Assembly: GCA_029262315.1 (NCBI GenBank)
Contig: JAJCZP010000221.1
Coordinates: forward strand, 2,289 to 66,288
DNA length: 64,000 nucleotides
Source of the DNA: Deltaproteobacteria bacterium
GTDB lineage: Bacteria; Desulfobacterota; Binatia; UTPRO1
Direction of reading: 5' to 3'
Shown here: positions 56,145 through 64,000 of the stretch, piece by piece
How the letters are laid out: every line of letters begins with the position of its first letter
How positions within the stretch are numbered: position 1 is the first letter of the stretch
Translations under genes and position numbers: made by a program
Notes under the pieces: generated by a model
The model's input: only the letters and a program-made list of their open reading frames with translations
Told to the model about the DNA's origin: nothing
Database searches by the model: none

Positions 56145-56971
56145 ATGCGCGCATGGCGCGTGCCCGAGTACGGCCGCCCGATGGACGTGCTCCGGCTCGA
56201 CGAGGTACCGATCCCGATCCCGGGACCCGGCGAACTCTTGATCCGCGTGCAGGCGATCCCCCTGAACCTGAACGACATGGAACGCATCACCGGCGGCAAC
56301 ATGCAGGTACGGCCCGAATTGCCCGCCATCCCCGGCATGGAGGTGATGGGAACGGTCGATATCTGCGGTAATGGTGTCGCGGCGTGGCAGAGCAAGCGCG
56401 TCGTCGCCACCGCAAAGCTGGCGCACGGAGGCTTCGCGGAATTCGCGATCTGCCCAGTAGAGTCTACGTTCGAGATGCCCGAGGAGATCCCGCTGCCTGA
56501 CGCGGCGGCCCTCTACTTCCCCTTTCATCTGGCGTGGCTCGGCCTGCGGGACCGTGCAGACCTCCACGCTGGCGAGAGCGTCCTGATTCATGCGGCTGCT
56601 GGTGGCTCGGGCTCGGCCGCAATCCAAGTCGCCAAGCATATCGGTGCACGCGTCTTCGCAACCGCGAGTACGGAGACCAAACGCGCGCTCTGCCGTGATC
56701 TCGGTGCGGACGTCGTGATCGACTACACAGAAGACGACTTCGCCGAGATCGTGCTCGAGGCAACGGACGGCCGTGGCGTCGATGTCGTCTTCGACAACGT
56801 CGGCGAGGCCGTCATGGAGCAGTCCATATGGCAGAGATCAACGATCTCGTACTGCAGAAACGGCTTCGGCCAGTCGTCGGACGGATCGTCGAATTCGAAG
56901 ACATCCCGTCCGCGATCCAGGCGCTCGCGAATCGGGAAACAGTCGGCCGTACGATCGTGAAGCTCTGGTAG
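56145..56971 (+). pseudogene. NADPH:quinone oxidoreductase (Qor-like MDR) disrupted by an internal deletion of about 45 codons plus a frameshift
   Basis: Frame 0 reads MRAWRVPEYGRPMDVLRLDEVPIP...LIHAAAGGSGSAAIQ..VFDNVGEAVMEQS, then degenerates into an Arg/Ser tail ending at 56960. The conserved C-terminus EINDLVLQKRLRPVVGRIVEFEDIPSAIQALANRETVGRTIVKLW is in the +2 frame (stop at 56969-56971). The junction is at 56820-56830, adjacent to CATATG. Confidence 0.55.
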
Positions 56972-57064
56972 CGAACACCACCCTCGGGGTCAGACAGGGT
57001 GCGGCGGTCGTTCAGGCGGTCTTCACAGACGACGAACGCCGCCGCCGGTCCCGAACGAGGTCGA

Positions 57065-57802
57065 CTACTCCAAGGCGGCGTCGGGATCCCCGCCGATCGA
57101 GATGATGTACTCGTCGTACGCCGGAATACGTGGAGCGACGCGCGCCTGCTCGGCCCACGCCAGCACCGCCGGCACCTCCAAGACAGCCGCCGCGTACTCC
57201 TGCAGCCGAGCCGGCAGCGACACACCGTACGTCCTGAACCGGGTCTGCACGGGGAAATACATACAGTCGGCGATCCCGAAGTCGCCGAACAAGAACGGCC
57301 CGCCCGAACTCCGCAACGCGGACTCCCACAACTCGAAGATGCGTGCGATCTCCACCTGCGCCCCGGCACTCAGCGCGAAGTCCGGCACGCGCGCCCAGAC
57401 GTGGCAACTCATCTGCTGCCTCACATTCGGGAACCCCGAGATCATCTCCAGCGACAACGAGCGCGCCTGAGCCCGCGCAACGGGATCCTCCGGCCACAAC
57501 GGCACGTCCGCCGCCTGTTCCGCCGCCCACTCACAGATCGCAAGCGATTCGTGAATCGGCGCGCCGTCGATCCAGAGCACGGGGAAGAGCCCCGTCACAC
57601 TCCCAACGGACCGCCGGGCATCCAGACCAGCCGCGGCAAGGTCCGCCTGCACCATGCCGCCTTTGGCCTGCTGCACCTTCATGTCGTCGAGGACCACCGT
57701 ACGCGTCTCGAAAGGCACGCCCCCATGCGTGAGCGCCAACCACGGACGCATCGACCAGGAGGAATACCGCAAACTGAGAACGACCAGTTCGACATTCGAC
57801 AT
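57065..57802 (-). CDS. Glutathione S-transferase family protein
   Basis: N-terminal thioredoxin-like LVVLSLRYSSWSMRPWLAL..., a C-terminal helical domain, and RBS GGAGGA-N5-ATG. Confidence 0.8.
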   Translation of the reverse strand: MSNVELVVLSLRYSSWSMRPWLALTHGGVPFETRTVVLDDMKVQQAKGGMVQADLAAAGLDARRSVGSVTGLFPVLWIDGAPIHESLAICEWAAEQAADVPLWPEDPVARAQARSLSLEMISGFPNVRQQMSCHVWARVPDFALSAGAQVEIARIFELWESALRSSGGPFLFGDFGIADCMYFPVQTRFRTYGVSLPARLQEYAAAVLEVPAVLAWAEQARVAPRIPAYDEYIISIGGDPDAALE

Positions 57803-58059
57803 TCGATTCCTCCGTCTTTGGAAAGGGTCGGCGCTGCGTCAGGACGCCGAGAGCGTCGCGCATCTCTCGCGCGCTGTCCAGGGCGACGACGCGGGAGCTG
57901 CGCCAGCAGGGTCACGACGTACGCTGCTTCGATCTCAACACGCGGAGAAACCGCAAAACTGCCCGCAGGCTCGATCGGCGTGCCAAGGTGGAGGGCTGCG
58001 GGTTCGACCGCCCCGGCGCTTTACATCTCCCCCGCAGTCCGCCACATCGCGGGGGGACC

Positions 58060-59676
58060 ATGCGTCTTCTCGATCCGAGCGAACCGACCGAGCGCGTCCT
58101 TACGAAGATCCTCAGCCGGCAGGCCGCCGAGATCCCCGACGCTATCTACATGATGGCGGGTGACCAGCGCTTCACCTTCGCCGATGTCGAACGACGCTCG
58201 GGAGACTACGCCGCTGGCTTCGCGGCGCTCGGTGTGGGTCGGGGCGACTCGGTCGCCTTCTTGATGCACGCGTGCCCCGAGTTCGTCCTGGCGACCTACG
58301 GTGTCATGAAACTGGGCGCGATCTGGATCCCGACCAACGTCGACTACAAGGGCGAGTGGCTCCGAGAAACCCTCGAAGGCAGCCGTGCCCGCGTCCTGGT
58401 GGTGGATGCGGACCTGCTGCCACGCGTATGTGCGCTCGGCGAGGAGCTCCCATTCGAGCACGTCATCGTTCGCGGAGGGAACGAGACCGGGACCGTCGGC
58501 GGGGCCCCGAGCAGCACGCTGGCCGCACTGGAAACCTCGGACGCGCCGGTGCCCGACCCCGTCGAACTCTGTGACGGTGACGTCGCGGCCGTCCTCTGGA
58601 CCTCGGGCACGACCGGACGCTCGAAAGGCGTAATGCAGAGCCACGGCGCGTGGGTCCGCGCCGCCCTCTCGGGAGTACGCACTTCCGGCGTGCAGCCGGG
58701 CGACGTCATGTACTCGTGCCTCCCGATGTACAACTCGGCCGCCTGGGTGGCGATCGTGTACCGGGCGCTCATCTCCGGGCTACCCTTCGGCCTCGATCCG
58801 GAGTTTTCGGCCAGTCGCTTCTGGGATCGGTGTCGGCACTATGGGGCGCGGCAAGTGTTCACGCTCGGCGCAATGCACATGTTTCTGTGGAACGCCCCGC
58901 CACGCCCCGACGACACCGACAACCCCGTCCGCCAGGCAACGATGATCCCCATGCCCGACGACATCATGGCCGGCTTCATGGAGCGTTTCGGCATCGCGTC
59001 GATGGACCAAGGGTACGGGCAGAGCGAGGTCATGGGGCTGCTCCACCGCGTGGACGATGGTGAGCCGAAAAAGCCGCTTTCCCTCGGAGTGCCGCTTCCA
59101 GGGATCGAGTTCCGCCTACTCGACGAGGGCGATCGCCCGGTGCCACCGGGTACGGTTGGAGAATTCTGCGTGCGCCCAACCGAGCCCTACGCGATCTTCA
59201 GCGGCTACTGGGGCAATCCCGAGGCCACAGCCCACGCCTTCCGGAACCTCTGGTACCACACCGGTGATCTCGGACGGGAGGACGAAGACGGCGACTACTT
59301 CTTCGTCGACCGCAAGGCTGACTATATTCGCTACAAAGGCCGCAGCGTGTCGTCGTTCGCCGTGGAGGCGACCGTCAACACCCACCCGGCGGTCGCGGAG
59401 TCGGCCGCCCACGGCGTCACGTCGGCGGAACTCGACTCAGAGGCCGAGATCAAGGTCGTCGTCGTCCTGAAGGAGGGGGAGGCACTTCGCCCCGCGGATC
59501 TGGCCGCCTTCGTCAACGAGAATGCACCCTACTTCTTCGTGCCGCGCTACATCGAGTTCGCCGCGACACTCCCGCGCACGCCAACCGGCCGCGTGCAGAA
59601 GTTCAAGCTGCGTGAGCGGGGAGTGACCGAGGCAACCTGGGATCGTGTACGAGCCGGGTTCGAAGTGAAGCGATAG
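58060..59676 (+). CDS. AMP-dependent synthetase/ligase (fatty-acyl-CoA ligase-like)
   Basis: WTSGTTGRSKGVMQSH (AMP-binding P-loop), YGQSE, and ..TGDLGREDEDGDYFFVDRKAD. ATG at 58060 behind GGGGGG. Confidence 0.9.
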   Translation: MRLLDPSEPTERVLTKILSRQAAEIPDAIYMMAGDQRFTFADVERRSGDYAAGFAALGVGRGDSVAFLMHACPEFVLATYGVMKLGAIWIPTNVDYKGEWLRETLEGSRARVLVVDADLLPRVCALGEELPFEHVIVRGGNETGTVGGAPSSTLAALETSDAPVPDPVELCDGDVAAVLWTSGTTGRSKGVMQSHGAWVRAALSGVRTSGVQPGDVMYSCLPMYNSAAWVAIVYRALISGLPFGLDPEFSASRFWDRCRHYGARQVFTLGAMHMFLWNAPPRPDDTDNPVRQATMIPMPDDIMAGFMERFGIASMDQGYGQSEVMGLLHRVDDGEPKKPLSLGVPLPGIEFRLLDEGDRPVPPGTVGEFCVRPTEPYAIFSGYWGNPEATAHAFRNLWYHTGDLGREDEDGDYFFVDRKADYIRYKGRSVSSFAVEATVNTHPAVAESAAHGVTSAELDSEAEIKVVVVLKEGEALRPADLAAFVNENAPYFFVPRYIEFAATLPRTPTGRVQKFKLRERGVTEATWDRVRAGFEVKR

Positions 59677-59697
59677 GTGGGCGTGCCCGGGGGCTGC

Positions 59698-61155
59698 TCA
59701 CCCGAGCGCATCGCGGGCAGCGGCGGCTTTGCCGGCAACTCGCCCGAAGAAGGTGGCATCCGCGATCGACAATCCGCTGGCGTACGTTCTCCCCTCGCGA
59801 CAAACGCCGGCCGCGTTGCGGCCCGCGGCAAACAGGCCGGGAATGACCTGACCGGTGGCGTCCAACACTTCCGTCGACGGGAGCGTGGCAAGTCCGCCGA
59901 GCGTCAACGCGCCATAGATCGAGCCGGTCGTCGTACAGTCGAGTGCGGCGTACGGCGGGCTGTGAAGCGGGCGGAGATACGCCGATGACTTGTGATGCTC
60001 GGGATCGAGACCGCGGACAGCGTTGCGGTTGAACGTCTCGATAGTGCTGACGAGCTGACCGGCCGGCATCTCGAGCGCGGCCTCGAGATCCGCGAACGTA
60101 TCCTCCACAGCGACCAGTTTGTGGGGAACCTGCGTCTTCCCCCAAAGCTCGGTGTCGACGATCAACCATGCGCGGCCGTCCGCCTTGGTGAGCATCGCGT
60201 CGGTCGTGCGGCCGATGTAGGCATCCTCGTTGATGAAACGCCGGCCAGCGGCGTCGACCAGGAGTCCCTTCGCGTGGCTTCCCGGAGGATAGTAGGCGTT
60301 CAGCACCAGCCCTTCGCCCATGTTGATCGCGGCACCACCGCCGCCGAGGCCGATATTGATGCCGGAGCCATCGTCCCCCGGAGACCCCGCCTTGTAGTTG
60401 CACTGCAAGAGCATCGGCGCATGCTCTGCCAGCATCGCGTCGTTCATGATGAATCCCCCGGCGCAGAGGACGACGCCGCGCGCGGCACGCACCGCAGTCT
60501 CTCGACCGTCCGCCCTGGCGATCACGCCGACGACCGCCTGTCGATCATCGACCACCAGGCGACACGCGATGCAGTCGTAGCGCACGCGCGCCCCACTGTC
60601 CTCCGCAGCCGCGTTGACGAGGCGCATCAGGTAGGCGCCCGCCTCCCCTGCCTGCTTCGGCTTGTGGCCGCGCGGCACCGGCGCTGCATGCTCGACGAAG
60701 GGGTGCACGGTCTCGTTACCGCTGAAATGCAAACATTCCTCGCCGAACGGATGCGTCGTCTTCTCGGGCTCGTAGGCATCGGCGAACTCGACACCAAGCG
60801 CACAGAGCCACGCGAAATGCTCGCGGCTTCCTTCGCAGAACATGCGCACGCGTGCTTCCTCGCAGCCGCGACCGGCCGCCATGCGCACGAACGCGATCAT
60901 GTCCTCGACGCTGTCCTGGAAGCCACACGCCTCCTGCACGCGCGTCCCACCGCCCATGTAACACACACCGGTCGACAGCGCTGTCGTACCGCCGCCTCCA
61001 CTCGCCCGCTCGAGCACGAGCGTACGCGCACCGGCCCGCGCCGCCTCGATGGCAGCACACGCCCCCGCACCCCCGAATCCGACGACGAGCACATCGCACT
61101 CGTCATCCCATCGCGCGACCTCGGCCACTTGGACGCTGGCGTGCCTGTCGTTCAT
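59698..61155 (-). CDS. FAD-dependent oxidoreductase of the FAD_binding_2 type (3-ketosteroid-dehydrogenase / fumarate-reductase-flavoprotein-like)
   Basis: CDVLVVGFGGAGACAAIEAARAGARTLVLER (FAD GxGxxG) and C-terminal ..GLFAAGRNAAGV.. Start taken at MNDRHAS (61155). Confidence 0.8.
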   Translation of the reverse strand: MNDRHASVQVAEVARWDDECDVLVVGFGGAGACAAIEAARAGARTLVLERASGGGGTTALSTGVCYMGGGTRVQEACGFQDSVEDMIAFVRMAAGRGCEEARVRMFCEGSREHFAWLCALGVEFADAYEPEKTTHPFGEECLHFSGNETVHPFVEHAAPVPRGHKPKQAGEAGAYLMRLVNAAAEDSGARVRYDCIACRLVVDDRQAVVGVIARADGRETAVRAARGVVLCAGGFIMNDAMLAEHAPMLLQCNYKAGSPGDDGSGINIGLGGGGAAINMGEGLVLNAYYPPGSHAKGLLVDAAGRRFINEDAYIGRTTDAMLTKADGRAWLIVDTELWGKTQVPHKLVAVEDTFADLEAALEMPAGQLVSTIETFNRNAVRGLDPEHHKSSAYLRPLHSPPYAALDCTTTGSIYGALTLGGLATLPSTEVLDATGQVIPGLFAAGRNAAGVCREGRTYASGLSIADATFFGRVAGKAAAARDALG

Positions 61156-61207
61156 CGACGCGCCCACTTGCCCGACGTCGCGTCGCGCCGACGGATCCAC
61201 CCCCGAC

Positions 61208-63277
61208 TCATAGGGCGCACCCAGTACGCGCGCCGTCTTCCACGGCCTTCCGAAGCAACCCGAGACCGGTACAGTCACCGACCAGATGCACTTCCTCGAC
61301 ATGATTTCTGATCGCGTCGGCCGGTGTCGTATCGGCCTCGACGGTCCCTGCGAGGATCACTGAGTCCGCGGGGATGCGTGTCTCGGGGCCCGGCTCACGG
61401 CGCACGATGACGGCACCGGGTTCGATGCGTTCGACGCGGAGATCCGTGTTGAGCACGACGCCGAGACGCGCGAGCCGATCCATGTGCTCGGCTCGGCGCT
61501 TGGCACCGACCTCCGGCGCGATGCCGCTTCCGCGATCGACGACGGAGACCCGGCGACCGTGCCCTGCCAGAAACTCGGCGAGCTCCACCGCTGCGAGATC
61601 AGCGCCGATCACGACTACGCGTGCGCCGAAGGGCAACCACAGCCGGGCGAGCCGACGAATGCGGGTGGGCGTCATCAGAGTGCCCGCCGCGCCGGCAGAC
61701 AACCGCTTCGCTGCTTGCAGCCACCACGGTGCGTCGCCCTCGCGAGATTCGGAAAACCCGCCAACCATTGCACGAAGGTCGCGCCCCGTCACAACGTGGG
61801 GGAGCGCCGCACCGGGAATCTCGGGCACGACGAGACGGCCTCCAGTCGCAACGACGACAGCGTCGGGTCGGACCTCTCGCACGAGGTCGGCACCGACCTC
61901 GACCCCCATCCGCGTCTCGACACCGAGGCGTCGGATCTCCGAGGTCAGGAAATCGAGCAGCGTCTCGTTCTCCGGGTGCACCGTGGCGGCCGCGAGCAGC
62001 GCACCGCCGAGGAATCGGCTCCGTTCGTAGAGGGTCACCCGATGGCCACGCTCGGCGGCCACACGTGCCGCCTCCATGCCGCCGGGCCCCGCACCGACGA
62101 CGACGATATGGCGCGGCGAATCGACAGGCCGCAGGTCCAACGAAGACTCACGCCCGGTGAACGCGTTGACCGCGCAGCGCATCCGCATCCCTTCCATCGA
62201 GTCGATGCAGTGCTCGCAGGAGATGCAGCGCCGAATCTGTTGCAGCTGCCCGGCGCGCGCTTTCGCCGGCAACTCGGGATCGGCGAGCAGTGGCCGCCCC
62301 ATGACGATGAGATCGGCATCGCCGCGTGCCAGGATGCGCTCGGCGAGTTCCGGATCGTGGATGCGGCCGACGGTCATCACCGGGACGTCGACCACGCGTT
62401 TGATGGCCGCAGCAGCAAAGACGTTGTGGGCATCGCCGTAGCTCGATCCGGTGACCATCTGGGTAGTCAAACGGTCGATCACGCCGCCGCTCACGTGGAA
62501 CGCATCGACACCCGCGGCGACCAACCGTGGGGCGATCAGCTGCGAGTCTTCCAGAGTCCGGCCGTCGGCCGCCCCTTCGTAGCCGGAGATGCGCAGGGTC
62601 AAGGGAAACTCCGCGCCTACCTCCCGCTTGATCGCCTCGATGACCTCGACGATCAATCGGATGCGGCCGTCCACACGGTCGCCGCGGTAATCGTCCGTGC
62701 GCCGATTGCGCGAGGGTGTCAGGAAGGAGCCGAGCAGCATATAGCCGTGCGCGGCGTGCAGCTCGATCCCGTCGTACCCCGCGTCGCGTACCCGGCGGGC
62801 GGCGTGGCGATACCGGTCGACGATCGCCGGCAGCTCATCGGCTCGGAGGGCATGGCACGGCGTGCCCGTCAGGTACGAACCGACCTCCGACGGCCCGACG
62901 TTGTCCTCGCCGCCCATGAAGGGCGCCAACCCGTCGGGACCCGGATGCGCCAGCTGCGGCTGGATACACGCGCCATGCGCGTGGATGGTCTTGGTCAGCT
63001 CACGGTGCGCACCAACGACGTCGTCGGTACCAAAATGGATCGACGTCGGCACTTCGCGATGCCGTTCGTCGACAGTGCACGCGCCTAGGGTGATCAGCCC
63101 GACGCCACCACGCGCACGCGCTTCGAAATACGCCGTGTACTGCGCCGACGGAAGCCCGTCGGGTGTCGCGTAACACGTCTCCATCGGCGACATGACGAGC
63201 CGATTGCGCAGCTGCATGCCGGCAATGCGCGCCGGAGAGAAGAGATGCGAGGTCTCGGCCGTGCGCCGCACGCTCAT
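61208..63277 (-). CDS. 2,4-dienoyl-CoA-reductase-like NADH:flavin oxidoreductase (OYE TIM barrel, 4Fe-4S, and FAD/NAD(P) domain)
   Basis: N-terminal ..LRNRLVMSPMETCYATPDG..AYFEARARGGVGLITLGACTV.. (OYE). The Cys cluster CISCEHCID. A C-terminal double Rossmann fold (VVVGAGPGGMEAA.., VVVIGADLAAVELA). Confidence 0.85.
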   Translation of the reverse strand: MSVRRTAETSHLFSPARIAGMQLRNRLVMSPMETCYATPDGLPSAQYTAYFEARARGGVGLITLGACTVDERHREVPTSIHFGTDDVVGAHRELTKTIHAHGACIQPQLAHPGPDGLAPFMGGEDNVGPSEVGSYLTGTPCHALRADELPAIVDRYRHAARRVRDAGYDGIELHAAHGYMLLGSFLTPSRNRRTDDYRGDRVDGRIRLIVEVIEAIKREVGAEFPLTLRISGYEGAADGRTLEDSQLIAPRLVAAGVDAFHVSGGVIDRLTTQMVTGSSYGDAHNVFAAAAIKRVVDVPVMTVGRIHDPELAERILARGDADLIVMGRPLLADPELPAKARAGQLQQIRRCISCEHCIDSMEGMRMRCAVNAFTGRESSLDLRPVDSPRHIVVVGAGPGGMEAARVAAERGHRVTLYERSRFLGGALLAAATVHPENETLLDFLTSEIRRLGVETRMGVEVGADLVREVRPDAVVVATGGRLVVPEIPGAALPHVVTGRDLRAMVGGFSESREGDAPWWLQAAKRLSAGAAGTLMTPTRIRRLARLWLPFGARVVVIGADLAAVELAEFLAGHGRRVSVVDRGSGIAPEVGAKRRAEHMDRLARLGVVLNTDLRVERIEPGAVIVRREPGPETRIPADSVILAGTVEADTTPADAIRNHVEEVHLVGDCTGLGLLRKAVEDGARTGCAL

Positions 63278-63439
63278 CGTGCCCTTTCTCTAGAGCAGGA
63301 CGGCAGGAAACGCCACGCACGCTTGCCCTCGACGTCGCCCGCACGATACTCAGGCGCCGGGACCAGAATCGCGACCGGCTCCGGCCAATTGGGGAGTTAT
63401 CCGATCTCATATCTGAAGCAATCCGGCGAACACCATTTC

Positions 63440-64000
63440 GTGCATCGTATCGGCTGGCTACGTGCCGCGGTGCTCGGTGCCAACGATGGGATCGTCTCGA
63501 CCGCCAGCCTGATCGTCGGCGTGGCCGCGGCGTCGCCCGATCGAACGAGCGTCCTGGTCGCCGGCGTCGCCGGACTGGTCGCCGGGGCGATGTCGATGGC
63601 CACTGGCGAGTACGTGTCCGTCAGCGCGCAGGCCGACACGGAGCGAGCGGATCTCGAGACCGAGCGCCGTGCGCTCGAGGAGCACCCGGAAATCGAGCTC
63701 GAGGAGCTGACGCAGATCTACGTCGATCGTGGGGTCGAGAGGGAACTGGCCCAGGAAGTTGCGGTACAGCTCACGAAACACGATGCGCTCGCGACCCATG
63801 GCCGCGACGAGCTGGGCATCTCCGAGACCGTGGCCTCCCATCCCGTGCAGGCGGGCGCCACCTCGGCCGGAACATTCGCCCTGGGCGCCATGCTGCCGCT
63901 CGCATCGGTCGCGGTCGCGCCGGTCTCGAGCACGAGCGCGATTCTCGTAGTCGCCTGCACGTCACTGCTGAGCCTGGCGTTGCTGGGCGCGATCTCTGCC
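63440..64000 (+). CDS. VIT1/CCC1-family Fe/Mn transporter, 5' part. The gene runs past the window end; start uncertain (GTG 63440, or TTG 63389).
   Basis: ..HRIGWLRAAVLGANDGIVSTASLIVGVAAA..GEYVSVSAQAD.. hallmark VIT-family N-terminus, then TM segments to the window edge. No stop in the window, so it is absent from the ORF track. Confidence 0.55.
   Translation, partial: MHRIGWLRAAVLGANDGIVSTASLIVGVAAASPDRTSVLVAGVAGLVAGAMSMATGEYVSVSAQADTERADLETERRALEEHPEIELEELTQIYVDRGVERELAQEVAVQLTKHDALATHGRDELGISETVASHPVQAGATSAGTFALGAMLPLASVAVAPVSSTSAILVVACTSLLSLALLGAISA

Noticed and set aside
61484-63088. 534-aa + ORF overlapping the FadH-like gene
   Set aside because: Antisense to a gene with unmistakable OYE, 4Fe-4S and Rossmann motifs. 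Arg-rich translation.

Overview
This is a high-GC (~68-70%) bacterial chromosomal segment, gene-dense on both strands. Myxococcus-type cysteine-rich repeats (CGDG..CDDGN..DGC), long Pro/Thr linkers and many secreted Cys-rich/beta-helix/RTX proteins suggest a Myxococcota-like deltaproteobacterium, though this is not proven. I can support about 50 protein-coding genes, one disrupted gene and one IS relic. I found no rRNA, tRNA or CRISPR array, and no intact mobile element. In order along the window: a partial SNase-like gene; a FemAB-like/GT4/AsnB trio typical of exosortase-type EPS loci; an IS407-like OrfA relic; a TetR-controlled amidohydrolase/methyltransferase pair; a four-gene operon (adenylating enzyme, carrier protein, WbuX-like PP-loop amidotransferase, CN-hydrolase); two giant secreted adhesin-like proteins sharing an unrecognised 'HYxCY' module; an SDR-TetR pair; an ApaG/APH-like kinase/Tyr-phosphatase operon; an MscS-AqpZ-PLD osmotic/lipid array; a DEAD-box helicase; a flavin-dependent-halogenase-like gene; an ADH-BVMO-esterase catabolic triad; a GT2 plus lipoprotein pair; an ABC-F ATPase; a radical-SAM enzyme with a rubredoxin-like N-terminus and Cys-rich tail (possible Tes/GDGT-MAS-like) cotranscribed with a PHP-like gene; an odd secreted Gly/His/Tyr-repeat protein; a secreted beta-helix, EEP nuclease/phosphatase and S1 protease; a quinone oxidoreductase broken by an internal deletion and frameshift; a GST/acyl-CoA ligase/KstD-like/FadH-like lipid-catabolism block; and a partial VIT1-family transporter. 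The two most novel-looking candidates are the carrier-protein-linked split NadE-like amidation operon (10.1-13.9 kb) and the radical-SAM/PHP pair (47.0-50.1 kb).
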